The position numbers and the translations under genes were made by a program. Under the pieces are notes generated by a model. That model had not been told where the DNA came from and did not search any database. It saw only the letters and a program-made list of their open reading frames with translations. This document shows, one piece after another, positions 1 through 8,731 of a stretch of DNA of 34,794 nucleotides; position 1 is the stretch's first letter, and every line of letters starts with the position of its first letter. Source of the DNA: a virus; IMG/VR virus record IMGVR_UViG_3300029183_000019, positions 1 through 34,794 of that record; one strand, 5' to 3'.

Positions 1-99
1 ACCTTCTTGATTAAGCATCTCAACAGCCTCCATGACCTTCGCTCGAGCTTTATCGCGGACCTTCGCATCCACTTCCATAAGAGACGACATCTTCTCACC
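1..99. repeat. Terminal direct repeat. Bases 1-99 are identical to 34696-34794, a contig-end overlap typical of a circularly closed assembly.
   Basis: Read directly. The same 99-nt string (accttcttgattaagcatctc...gacgacatcttctcacc) is at both ends, and it lies inside a coding frame. Confidence 0.97.
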
Positions 100-132
100 A
101 CCCATTTCAAGATCTGACAATAAGGGACACAT
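1..132 (-). CDS. N-terminal part of the junction-spanning small acidic protein. It is the same gene as 34549-34794, and bases 1-99 are the duplicated copy.
   Basis: ATG at 132-130 is preceded by AGGAG (143-139, spacer 6). It is in frame with ATGs at 105 and 90. The reading continues across the junction into 34549-34794. Confidence 0.55.
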   Translation of the reverse strand, partial: MCPLLSDLEMGGEKMSSLMEVDAKVRDKARAKVMEAVEMLNQEG

Positions 133-133
133 A

Positions 134-424
134 TTATACTCCTAACGCTCTTCCGAAATTACCCACTAAATTCGAAAGCGCTGATTGCTGATCTCGACTG
201 AGCTGCGAAATACCCTTTGATTGCAATTGTTGCCCTTGAGCTTGTTGTTGCGCTGCTAAGGCTTCTTGTTGACGTTTCTTCTCAGCTGCTGCCGAAAACA
301 ACCCTCCCAAGAGCCCAGCTCCTGCTTGGATTCCAGCCGCCGCTAAGGGCGCTCCTGCTGCCATACCTGATCCTCCTTGTTGTGCGACTCCTAACTGAGA
401 GCCTGCTAATACATTTGCTGCCAT
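134..424 (-). CDS. Small Ala/Gly/Gln-rich protein, a probable virion-internal or membrane-active component
   Basis: 96-aa ORF. Its composition resembles the internal-protein genes at 26173-30224. It is tightly coupled to its neighbours. Confidence 0.6.
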   Translation of the reverse strand: MAANVLAGSQLGVAQQGGSGMAAGAPLAAAGIQAGAGLLGGLFSAAAEKKRQQEALAAQQQAQGQQLQSKGISQLSRDQQSALSNLVGNFGRALGV

Positions 425-949
425 TTAACTAATGTTTAAATCCCAACCTAATACATTGTAATCCGTACCGTCGTACTGCATCCACACAAAATCTTTTTCG
501 TTATTACCTGTGCTCAAAATAATCGCTTGCCCTTGTGGCCATTTTACCGCTGCCGGCCAAGTCAGCGTTCTGGCTGTAGCCGATTGAATCACGTAAACCA
601 AGTAATACGCTCCGGTAGCCGGATTCGATAAGGTGAGAGTTACATTCCCACTGGCAGATCCAAGATCAAGCGTTTGAATCACGCCATTTGCAAAATCAAT
701 CGTTTCAGTCGTCCCAGTAGGAGTCAGTGTTGCTGCAGCTGTAAACCCGATGTTTTTAGCAAGCTTAGCTGTTGTTACCGCATTTGCTGCAATTCCAGCT
801 GTAGCAATCTGATTCCCATCTCCTGATCCTGTATGACCATGCTGAGAAATCTTCGTCCAAGTGGTGTTTTTAAGTGTCGTCCCCCAGTTCACAGTACCGT
901 TCGTTGGGAGCGTTAATGTCAATCCTAAGCTTAACGTTTCAAATGCCAT
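425..949 (-). CDS. Short tail-fibre-like protein
   Basis: 174 aa. The N-terminus (LTLPTNGTVNWGTTLKNTTWTKISQHGHTGSGDGNQI...AVTTAKLA) matches a motif common at phage fibre N-termini. There is a 1-nt TAATG overlap with the upstream fibre gene. Confidence 0.7.
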   Translation of the reverse strand: MAFETLSLGLTLTLPTNGTVNWGTTLKNTTWTKISQHGHTGSGDGNQIATAGIAANAVTTAKLAKNIGFTAAATLTPTGTTETIDFANGVIQTLDLGSASGNVTLTLSNPATGAYYLVYVIQSATARTLTWPAAVKWPQGQAIILSTGNNEKDFVWMQYDGTDYNVLGWDLNIS

Positions 950-3084
950 TATCGTGATACCTGCGTAATAATGAACCGCGCATTAGCGTCTGCAGCGTCT
1001 TGGTTAAGATTTCCATGTGGACGAATCACATCTCCTCTACTTAAAAAGACAGAGCATCCTGTATTAGCAAACACACTAGCCCCTGCGTCCGTTCCAATTA
1101 ATTTATGAGCTGATGTGATGCTTTCAAATGCAGTTGTTAACTGATTGCTGTTTTTTGAAATACCAAAAAAACTTGTCGCTGAGGATCTTCGGTCCGTATA
1201 AGACACGCTATAAACACCATCCTCATTAATAGTGTAAGAATCCCCATCTGCTGCAGAAGTCGCTCTTGTAATCGCTGTTCCGATATTATCAATGACATTC
1301 GTAAATATTCTGATCGCAGTATTTGTCGAACCAAATCCATTTGGAGTCTCAACATGAATCATTGACTTCACTGGAGAGTTATTGGCTACAGTGACTTCAG
1401 TGCCGACTTTCTCAATGCATATGTAAATTTCTGTTGCATCTGACAGTAACGTTAATGCTCCACCTGTGTTTTGAGTCGTATCAACCGCTAGCGTGTCGCC
1501 TGAGGATAGATCAACCAAAACTGTTCCGCCAAGTGACGCGATTAGCTCCGTGGTTCCATCTTGAATTTCAATAAAATCCAAAACCCTATGGCCAGATGCG
1601 TTTTTCAACAGCCTTAAGCTGCACGACTCGCCTGCATCCCATGCCGTTGTACTCGTATAAGCTGCCTTGGCGCTCACCCTATACTGACCTGCTACAGGAG
1701 CTGTAAATACCCAGCTTGCTCCAGTCGTTACAGCATTATGTGAGTCAACTATCTTGTCTTCAAAATCAATAACGTCATTTGATCCATTTGATATAGATTG
1801 ACCGGCATCAGATTCATAGATCGCCACGACATTAGGCTGGCTTGAGCTAAACGCAAAGTTAGAAGACCATCCTGATATTGGAACTATAGCTTTGAATCCG
1901 TACTTAATATTCGCCGTAGTCATTGGGAAATCTGACGACGAAATAAACGTCATTTCTTTAGGATTGGTTGAACTTGACGGGATAATCAGCATTAAACTAG
2001 TAGAATCATAGGCGTTCACTGTTCCCCATAATTCATCACTAGCCGTAGCCGATCTAGAATACGTATGACCTACTGTGTTTGAATCATTGATTGATGTGGA
2101 TACTGCTAACTTAGTCGTATCAATTGTGTACCCAGTAGGGAGCTTAAACAAATAAATACCTGACCCGTCCGCAGCCCCTGTTGATGAGGAGTGCCGGTAC
2201 TCATACATGATCTCCATTGAGTCACCGACACGACGCCACAGTGCTTTATCAACATCTGGCGATGTGGCTTTCGTCGGCGCAGTCGTTGCCCCGTCAATCG
2301 TCATCGTAAATTCTTTCCAGTCATCGGTATTAGCGACAACTGCTATTTTGTCTGGGGTCACTCGAACGTTATCAAACTCAAGCGTGTAAGCACTTGCTGA
2401 TGTAGATGCCACGTGCAAGATTAAACGATAAGACGTCGAATCTGTTGCAGCAAAGGTCGTCGTATACCTGCCTTGATTGGCAACGTTATTTAGTCCACTT
2501 TGATCAGGAGTAATGAGTGTCGTATTTGTTACATCGTAAATAAATATGGCTACATCATCATCTGCATAAGTACCTGAGCCAATCTCGTAATCAAACGACA
2601 CATTAAGCGTATGAAATCGATCTGCTCGATCGATAGTAAAATCAGAACTAACACCTTCTCCTTGACGATTTGCAGCATCTTTTGTGAGTAAAAACGATCC
2701 TGTCCCACGAAGAGGTGTTGTGGTTGATCGCGTGATTGTAACAGTTGGCGAGCCGCCCGTTCCGTCTACAGGAGTCGAAGCTGCAGCATCGGCATAAGCG
2801 GCCCATCCAGTAGTACCGCCGTCAGCATTCTCATTTGTAATATGATTAATGCCCGATCCGCCGGTGCCTAAAATTTCCCAGTTCGTCGTAGATCCAGCGT
2901 CGAGCTTTTTGTAGATATCCCCACCGCTTGCTCCAGTGCGAAGATAAATAGAGCCAATAGGCGCATCCTTGGCTACTGAGGTAGGGTCATCAGTGCCTTG
3001 TAATATCTTAGCGTTATCGTTAAGATTTAAATCGTTTCTGAGAGTTTTTAGCTCGGTTCCTGAGCCAAAAATAACTGCTGCCAC
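949..3084 (-). CDS. Tail fibre / receptor-binding protein with a CBM4/9-like beta-sandwich and two C-terminal C1q/TNF-like domains
   Basis: 711 aa, with a GTG start after AAGGGGG. The CBM-like stretch runs NENADGGTTGWAAY...YTLEFDNVRVTP. The C1q-like signatures are IDFEDKIVDSHNAV..FTAPVAGQYRVSA...DLSSGDTLAV...IYICIEKV and IRIFTNVIDNIG...EDGVYSVSY...LSRGDVIRPH...RFIITQV. Confidence 0.8.
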   Translation of the reverse strand: MAAVIFGSGTELKTLRNDLNLNDNAKILQGTDDPTSVAKDAPIGSIYLRTGASGGDIYKKLDAGSTTNWEILGTGGSGINHITNENADGGTTGWAAYADAAASTPVDGTGGSPTVTITRSTTTPLRGTGSFLLTKDAANRQGEGVSSDFTIDRADRFHTLNVSFDYEIGSGTYADDDVAIFIYDVTNTTLITPDQSGLNNVANQGRYTTTFAATDSTSYRLILHVASTSASAYTLEFDNVRVTPDKIAVVANTDDWKEFTMTIDGATTAPTKATSPDVDKALWRRVGDSMEIMYEYRHSSSTGAADGSGIYLFKLPTGYTIDTTKLAVSTSINDSNTVGHTYSRSATASDELWGTVNAYDSTSLMLIIPSSSTNPKEMTFISSSDFPMTTANIKYGFKAIVPISGWSSNFAFSSSQPNVVAIYESDAGQSISNGSNDVIDFEDKIVDSHNAVTTGASWVFTAPVAGQYRVSAKAAYTSTTAWDAGESCSLRLLKNASGHRVLDFIEIQDGTTELIASLGGTVLVDLSSGDTLAVDTTQNTGGALTLLSDATEIYICIEKVGTEVTVANNSPVKSMIHVETPNGFGSTNTAIRIFTNVIDNIGTAITRATSAADGDSYTINEDGVYSVSYTDRRSSATSFFGISKNSNQLTTAFESITSAHKLIGTDAGASVFANTGCSVFLSRGDVIRPHGNLNQDAADANARFIITQVSR

Positions 3085-3104
3085 TTTGCCCCCTTAGGAC
3101 TAAT

Positions 3105-3290
3105 TTACGCCTTAACGTCCTTATTTTCTACTGCTTCTTGCTTATCACTGATTGCCTTAACAAAAAAGTCAGCAACTAGCTTCGCATCTTTTTGTAGCTC
3201 AGTATGGTACTCGGCTGTTCCTAAGCTCTTACCAGCAGCGTGCAATACTCGATTGAAGGCGTCTATCAATTTTTTACTCTCTTGAGACAT
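3105..3290 (-). CDS. Hypothetical small protein (61 aa)
   Basis: ORF with an ATG at 3290. The ORF track's first M is the TTG at 3293. It is coupled to the upstream small ORF by a TGATG overlap. Confidence 0.6.
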   Translation of the reverse strand: MSQESKKLIDAFNRVLHAAGKSLGTAEYHTELQKDAKLVADFFVKAISDKQEAVENKDVKA

Positions 3291-3463
3291 CAAACTTCCT
3301 TAAATTCAATGAGTATCTGAGATGGATCATTTGGATCAATCCCGATGCTTTCAATATCTAAAAACGTTCTGGTTTTAATAATAGAAGAAAACACCCGCTT
3401 CATCTCGTTAAAAAATTCAAGCTTGGTAATCCGAACTATTTGCTTTGTCGTTCCTGTAGCCAC
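3290..3463 (-). CDS. Hypothetical small protein (57 aa, GTG start), missing from the ORF track because it is under 60 aa
   Basis: TAGGAGGGCGAA-GTG at 3463. The reading is VATGTTKQIVRITKLEFFNEMKRVFSSIIKTRTFLDIESIGIDPNDPSQILIEFKEV. Its stop overlaps the next ATG by 1 nt. It fills an otherwise empty 180-nt gap. Confidence 0.5.
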   Translation of the reverse strand: MATGTTKQIVRITKLEFFNEMKRVFSSIIKTRTFLDIESIGIDPNDPSQILIEFKEV

Positions 3464-3472
3464 TTCGCCCTC

Positions 3473-4168
3473 CTAAGATGGGGCCAGAACCAAAAGCTGC
3501 CTGCCATCCGTAGTTATTCCCGTTGGACTTGTTAACCCATGCAAAAAGCCCCATTTACGCGGCTGGAAGTCATCTGGATCATAAACCCGAATAGCCGACC
3601 CATCAACAATCCAATAATCTTGACCGTCAAACGCCATGTCATTAATCGCTGCATTAGAGCCGTATCCCGCTACCTGTACGCCATTGCCCTGATTGCCCAC
3701 ATCATAAAGCCGATAAGTATGCGTGCTGACGACTACGACTTTGCACATCAAATTCATCCCATTCCAAGCCAAAGCATGAGGAATAGCTGTTCCTAGTGCT
3801 ACCGTTTGCTTCACTATTTTAGGAGTAGGATTTAAATCAAACAAATAAATTGCATTTGTTAACTGCTCGCCTACTAAAACTTGTGCAGCAACATAAAATT
3901 GCTGGCCATTAAATTCAGGATCGTGCCTGCCGTGATTAATGGCAACACCATAAGCATTTTGGATTGTGTCGTCTCCAGTATCAAAGTCATAAATATTCTT
4001 AATAAAAAGCTTTTGATCAAGATCAATTAAGGCAATGTTTGCGTTAGTGACTAATAATATTTGACCATTACCAACGTAGTCAATTTCTCCAGATGTGACT
4101 TCTGATCCTATGTTGGCAGACCAAAGCTGTGATCCGCTCAGTTTGTCAAACCCGTAAAGAGTAGCCAT
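3473..4168 (-). CDS. Structural protein with beta-propeller-like repeats
   Basis: 231 aa. It has repeated strand motifs (ILLVTNANIALIDL, IYLFDLNP, YRLYDVGN, YWIVDGSAIRVYDP, QLLVLAP). There is a 1-nt overlap with the upstream gene. Confidence 0.6.
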   Translation of the reverse strand: MATLYGFDKLSGSQLWSANIGSEVTSGEIDYVGNGQILLVTNANIALIDLDQKLFIKNIYDFDTGDDTIQNAYGVAINHGRHDPEFNGQQFYVAAQVLVGEQLTNAIYLFDLNPTPKIVKQTVALGTAIPHALAWNGMNLMCKVVVVSTHTYRLYDVGNQGNGVQVAGYGSNAAINDMAFDGQDYWIVDGSAIRVYDPDDFQPRKWGFLHGLTSPTGITTDGRQLLVLAPS

Positions 4169-5487
4169 TAATTCCTCAAGTAAAGCTGGCCATTTGTAAG
4201 CGTGAATGTATTACTTGCACTTGTGCCTGTTGCTGTAACCTTAATTCGGATGATCTGAGCGGCTATTGGGAAGATGTAATTACGTTCAATTCCTCCAGAT
4301 CCCACAACCGTGTCATCATAAATCCATGCTCCTAAAGCAGCATTCATTTGCTTTGAGAAATTAGTTCCATCAAGTGATGTCTCGACTTCAATAGTAATAT
4401 CCGTAGGCGTGTTTGCTTTAGTCATCTCAAACGAAAAGCAAGCATATCGGTAGTTCCAGCACTCCACCTCATCGCTCGTCGCTGTGGTCGTCGTATTATT
4501 ATACGTCGTGCTGATGTTGCTTAAGACATGATATCGGCTGTTAACGCCTTCAATTTGCTCACCACGAAGATTAACTGCGTTTTGAGCTCTTTGGCTTGCG
4601 GTGACTTCTGTTGAGCCTTGCTCAGCATCTGTGTCTGGCTCATAATCAACCGCTAAAGATCCCACCTTAACGACAGGATTAGCGTTTGCATCCGTTACAC
4701 CATGAGCAGCATCCCCAGTAATTGACAGCCTGCCAGTAGCATTAACAGACACAACCCCAACGGTTGTCCCAGTAACAGGGTCAACAATGACTGTCCCTGG
4801 AACTTCAAACACACTTGCAATGTTTGCGTAAAAATTAGGCAGCCCTGCTGTATGGCCATACTCGGTGACACGCCAACCAGAGCCTGAGCCAAGCTTAGTG
4901 CCCTGGTCGGCGGTTACCGTGCCATCGATAGTCAATGAGCTGCCGCCATCATCAATGGATAACGTAGCTCCTGCATCATCTACTGAAATAACATTACCGC
5001 CATCTTGGATGTTTACAGCCGATCCGCCTGATGCATTATCTACGGTTACATTATGTCCATCAGGGAGCTGATTAGCTGCTGTTGCTGCTCCAGTAGGTAG
5101 GCTCACAGTCCCTGTGATGTTGTTGATGTTCCACGTGCCAGATTGAGTGGACGCCACCGTGCCATCAACCGTTAAAGATCCGGATCCATCATCTACTGAA
5201 ATACTTGATTGATCGCTTGCAATGACAACAGGAAAGCTAGACGCCATCGCTTTTTGGCCAAGGGTGACCAAGCTTGTGCCATCGCCAATACTCACTGAGT
5301 CTTGTGTATGACTTAAATCACGAATATCTAAATCAGTTGCGGTGACGGTCACTGAACCAGTAATCGTCACCGAACCCGAAATAATAGCTACGTCAAGACC
5401 TACTTTGGATCCTGAGTCCGTAGATGTAATGCTTCTTGCATCAGCAGGCGAACTATCCGTCTGCGGATACGCCTTAATTATGCTCAT
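4168..5487 (-). CDS. Virion surface protein (head fibre or decoration type) with beta-helix-like repeats and a C-terminal beta-sandwich
   Basis: 439 aa. It has internal repeats SVDDGSGSLTVDGTV / SVDDAGATLSIDDGGSSLTIDGTV. The C-terminal module contains SLDGTNF. There is an ATGA overlap with the upstream gene. Confidence 0.65.
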   Translation of the reverse strand: MSIIKAYPQTDSSPADARSITSTDSGSKVGLDVAIISGSVTITGSVTVTATDLDIRDLSHTQDSVSIGDGTSLVTLGQKAMASSFPVVIASDQSSISVDDGSGSLTVDGTVASTQSGTWNINNITGTVSLPTGAATAANQLPDGHNVTVDNASGGSAVNIQDGGNVISVDDAGATLSIDDGGSSLTIDGTVTADQGTKLGSGSGWRVTEYGHTAGLPNFYANIASVFEVPGTVIVDPVTGTTVGVVSVNATGRLSITGDAAHGVTDANANPVVKVGSLAVDYEPDTDAEQGSTEVTASQRAQNAVNLRGEQIEGVNSRYHVLSNISTTYNNTTTTATSDEVECWNYRYACFSFEMTKANTPTDITIEVETSLDGTNFSKQMNAALGAWIYDDTVVGSGGIERNYIFPIAAQIIRIKVTATGTSASNTFTLTNGQLYLRN

Positions 5488-5816
5488 TTATCTGGATCGA
5501 AATGTAGCCTTACATCTAAATCAACCGTTCCACCAGTACGAGTCACATCCACCCTGACATTGGGCAAAACTGGAGCTGCCAAAGATTGCAGCTGCACTGT
5601 GTCTGAGTTCACAGTGACTGCTGTCCCAAGGTCAATCCAGTTAGTCCCATCAGATGAATGCTGCGCTTGCACACTGAAGTTAGCCGATGACTGGTTTTCT
5701 GATAACACAACCAAAGCAAGATTCTTTGATCGTTGATCTACTGAAAACCCATCTCCAGTCTGAGAAGCCGCTAAGGCGGACACATCCAGTAGCTGTATAA
5801 AAGATACACTAGCCAT
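5484..5816 (-). CDS. Small beta-sandwich protein related to the C-terminus of the 439-aa protein
   Basis: 110 aa. SSDGTNWIDLGTAV...VRVDVTRTGG parallels SLDGTNFSKQMNAA...IRIKVTATGT in the downstream gene. Confidence 0.6.
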   Translation of the reverse strand: MASVSFIQLLDVSALAASQTGDGFSVDQRSKNLALVVLSENQSSANFSVQAQHSSDGTNWIDLGTAVTVNSDTVQLQSLAAPVLPNVRVDVTRTGGTVDLDVRLHFDPDK

Positions 5817-5825
5817 GGATACTCC

Positions 5826-6182
5826 TTAGATCTCGTCTGCTGCGTCAGATACGGCGATCATTACGAATGCATCAGACTCTTTAGCTGTCGTTCCGTCTGT
5901 TGCATCGAAAAACAAACACTGAACACTTGATGCTGATCTTGTGCCTACTTGAGCGATCACATCAGCAGTAGCTGGAGTAATCTGTACGTTAACAAGACGT
6001 GTCCCTGGATCTGTAATGGTGAGCGTATAATCCCCTGTGCCGTTATCCGTAATTGATACATCCTGAGCTCCAGTAAGAAGCTGAGGTGATCCCGTGTTTT
6101 CATCAATCTCTACTAAAATAAGTCGTGTCAGTCTCTGAGAGCTTTTGAGGGCTCTGACTGTTCTACTCGTTCCCCAAGGCAT
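5826..6182 (-). CDS. Hypothetical capsid-proximal protein, a possible decoration protein
   Basis: 118-aa ORF immediately downstream of the major capsid gene, with AAGGAG upstream of its ATG. Confidence 0.6.
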   Translation of the reverse strand: MPWGTSRTVRALKSSQRLTRLILVEIDENTGSPQLLTGAQDVSITDNGTGDYTLTITDPGTRLVNVQITPATADVIAQVGTRSASSVQCLFFDATDGTTAKESDAFVMIAVSDAADEI

Positions 6183-6201
6183 TTGATTCTCCTTTGTTTA
6201 G

Positions 6202-6241
6202 AGTCTTGAGCCCCATGCACCGTGACATGAAGCTCAAGACT
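6202..6241 (-). terminator. 10-bp perfect-stem hairpin just after the major capsid gene
   Basis: agtcttgagc (6202-6211) pairs with gctcaagact (6232-6241). The loop holds an inner CATG...CATG pair. The T-run follows the stem on the plus strand, not on the minus (mRNA) strand. Confidence 0.4.
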
Positions 6242-6263
6242 TTTGTGGTCGTTTATGGATACG

Positions 6264-7469
6264 TTATGTAGCTAATCCACCAATATAACCGTGGAAGTTA
6301 GGAGTGATGTACACCTCTAAGTATCCACCGTATCTGGCTTCATAAGCATCAGTAGATGCTTTTCTCAAAAAGACCGTACCATCATCTTCAAACCAACCAA
6401 AATCAGGTCGGTGAAATGCCGTCACGAAGTTATCGTTAAGAAGATAAACTCTGTCATCTTCAACGAAACGCTCAGGCATGATGGGGATAGCTCCAGCTGA
6501 ACTCATGAACTCAAGACCCTTAAAGGAAATCTTCCCTTTAAGCTCAGGAGATCGTGGCTCAACAATGTACTGCTTTTGGTCTTCCAAAATGTTTTGAAGC
6601 TTACGAAACTGAGTGAAACTCGTAACAATCAAGTTAGGAACTTTCCCTGATTTCCGCTGAATCTCAAGCATCCCTTCGTTAAGAAGATCAACCGAAATAG
6701 CAGCTCCACCAGCAGCCTTTTGATGGCTTGCTTGCCACCTACGAGCTACAGAGATGCTGTATTGCGTACCTGAGGTTGCTTCCAATACTCCTTTAAGGCC
6801 AGATGGATCGTTGTCCTTTGAGTTTTGCATGTACACAGTATGAGTACCTGCACCAATCGATGTAAGGTCATCCGATCCTGAGATCCGGCTAAGCGTTACA
6901 ACTCGAGTCGATGGGACCAAAGAAACCACCTCAAACACAGACGACAAAGTATTGACGTTGACGTAATCTTTGTCTTCCCAGTTTGCTTCTTTGAATCCAT
7001 ATGTACCGGTGTTCAAAATGGTGATCGTTGGATCAGTAGCTGTTCCACCTGCGTTACCACTGAACTGCCCCAAAGCACCTGTTCCGTCGTTAAAGAGCAC
7101 TCGAGACATGTTTCTCATCCATGACTCAACACCTTTTTGTACGACGTGCTTAGTGCCTTGAACAAATGCACCTTCGTTGTTCATAGAAGCTTTGATGGCC
7201 TCTCGGTCGATCTCAACAACGGAGTACATTTTCTTAGCCGAGATTTGTGCATCGCCATAAGTAGCTGCGTTTGGAGTCGGGAGTGATCCTGATCCAACAC
7301 CACCAGCAAAACTTTGTGGCACTGCGATATCTAAACGCTTACCAGTAAAGGTAAAGTCTTTTTTAATACGAGCAAGTGTAACGTTAAACGAGTTGTATAC
7401 GTTTTCCGAGAGCTTGCCGTACTTAATCTTAAACAGGTTGGTTGCACCTGTTAGGTTAAAGTTAGCCAT
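6264..7469 (-). CDS. Major capsid protein (HK97-fold type)
   Basis: 401 aa. It follows the portal and scaffold genes and has a strong SD (GGAGGGG). The sequence pattern (KKMYSVVEIDREAIKAS...GAFV...RVLFNDGTGALG) is typical of HK97-like capsid proteins. Confidence 0.9.
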   Translation of the reverse strand: MANFNLTGATNLFKIKYGKLSENVYNSFNVTLARIKKDFTFTGKRLDIAVPQSFAGGVGSGSLPTPNAATYGDAQISAKKMYSVVEIDREAIKASMNNEGAFVQGTKHVVQKGVESWMRNMSRVLFNDGTGALGQFSGNAGGTATDPTITILNTGTYGFKEANWEDKDYVNVNTLSSVFEVVSLVPSTRVVTLSRISGSDDLTSIGAGTHTVYMQNSKDNDPSGLKGVLEATSGTQYSISVARRWQASHQKAAGGAAISVDLLNEGMLEIQRKSGKVPNLIVTSFTQFRKLQNILEDQKQYIVEPRSPELKGKISFKGLEFMSSAGAIPIMPERFVEDDRVYLLNDNFVTAFHRPDFGWFEDDGTVFLRKASTDAYEARYGGYLEVYITPNFHGYIGGLAT

Positions 7470-7526
7470 TATCCCCTCCGAGGAATTTAGTGTTATTTAT
7501 GTAATTTTATGTATTTAGAGTTTCGC

Positions 7527-8720
7527 CTAAATATCGTCGAAGGAAAGTGGAGCGTTGTCGTTGTCCACGTTCTTTATTCGAGCCGTATTCGTAGGCATGC
7601 TCGCTCGTTTTAATTTCTTGGATAGCGTCTTGGCTTTTTTATTGCCCCAAACCTCTATCGCTACGTCACGCAAGTCTTTTTCGCTTAATGTTTCGTCAAA
7701 TTGCTTGACTGCTTTAAGCTGATCAATTGCGCTCGCTTTACTTGTCTCATCAAGGCCAGGATTAATGTCCTCAAGTATCTTTAGGATATTCTCTTGAGTC
7801 TTTCCAGCTTCTTGCTCTACAAGCTTATTGCTATGATACTCGGCTACTGCTTCAGGAGTCAAGTTTTCTGATTGAATGTTGTTTTTCTCCATGACCTCTT
7901 TAGCCAGCTCTCGGTACTCCTCTTCGCTTAAGCCTTTTTGTTGCATGTACTCATGAGCTTTTTTAAGCATCTCAGCTTCATGGCGAGACGTCGCTTGGGC
8001 TTGTTGCTGTCGCTGTTGAGTTTCTTCTAACGCTTTGAGTTTAGCGTCTCGTAATGAGATCGCTCTTTGGTTTTCGTCTTGCTCAGACCACTCTTTGAAT
8101 TTTGATTGCATCATCTCTTGAGCAATATCTACTGCTTGAGCTGGATCCGCTCCCATCACCTCAGAAATAGAAGTGATAAACTTCTGCATGTCTTTTTCAA
8201 CTAATAGGCTATTGGTGATTTCGTTGATGTATCCTTGAAGAGTATCAGCCGTCTTACCGAATGCTTGTTGCTCTTGACGAAGCTTGCTTAGCTCTTGAGC
8301 AATATGCTTTTTGCCTGAGTAATTATTAATGACATCCCTAAGTGGGACCTTTTCAATTTGACCATTTACTTTTACTTCAAGCTCAGTTGATCCATCTAAA
8401 TCAACTTCTTGATCAGTCCCGTATTGCTTTACCTTAATTGCTTTGCCTTGAGGCTTAACTTTTTCGACTGCCTTTTTTAGCTTTTCTTGGTCATCTGATT
8501 TTTCTTGCTCCTGATCAGCTGCATCATCTTTTTTATCTTCAGTCTCATCAGGTTCTTCTTTTTGCTCTGTGTCTTGAGTTTCTTGTTTTTCATCTTTCGG
8601 CAAGCGGCTTGATAGCTGATCCAATTCATCAAAGCTAACAGCCCCATCACCTGCAGTGAATCCTGCGTCTTCTTGGATTTGTGGCGTGACGTTTGTGACA
8701 ACCTCTGCTGTTTCACTCAA
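7527..8720 (-). CDS. Scaffolding protein
   Basis: 397 aa, highly charged and predicted helical, lying between the portal and capsid genes. It has a TTG start 6-7 nt after an AAGGAG that overlaps the portal stop. Confidence 0.75.
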   Translation of the reverse strand: MSETAEVVTNVTPQIQEDAGFTAGDGAVSFDELDQLSSRLPKDEKQETQDTEQKEEPDETEDKKDDAADQEQEKSDDQEKLKKAVEKVKPQGKAIKVKQYGTDQEVDLDGSTELEVKVNGQIEKVPLRDVINNYSGKKHIAQELSKLRQEQQAFGKTADTLQGYINEITNSLLVEKDMQKFITSISEVMGADPAQAVDIAQEMMQSKFKEWSEQDENQRAISLRDAKLKALEETQQRQQQAQATSRHEAEMLKKAHEYMQQKGLSEEEYRELAKEVMEKNNIQSENLTPEAVAEYHSNKLVEQEAGKTQENILKILEDINPGLDETSKASAIDQLKAVKQFDETLSEKDLRDVAIEVWGNKKAKTLSKKLKRASMPTNTARIKNVDNDNAPLSFDDI

Positions 8721-8731
8721 TTTGTTTCTCC

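Noticed and set aside
1-99. A genuine physical direct terminal repeat (T7-like DTR)
   Set aside because: The repeat interrupts an ORF that is restored by circularisation, and it carries no recognisable end-specific features. An assembler overlap on a circular or permuted genome is the simpler reading. I could not exclude a DTR without the reads.
8477-8716. 79-aa Lys-rich alternative frame inside the scaffold gene
   Set aside because: It is a frame-shifted shadow of the Glu/Asp/Lys-rich acidic N-terminus of the scaffold protein, with no independent start signal.
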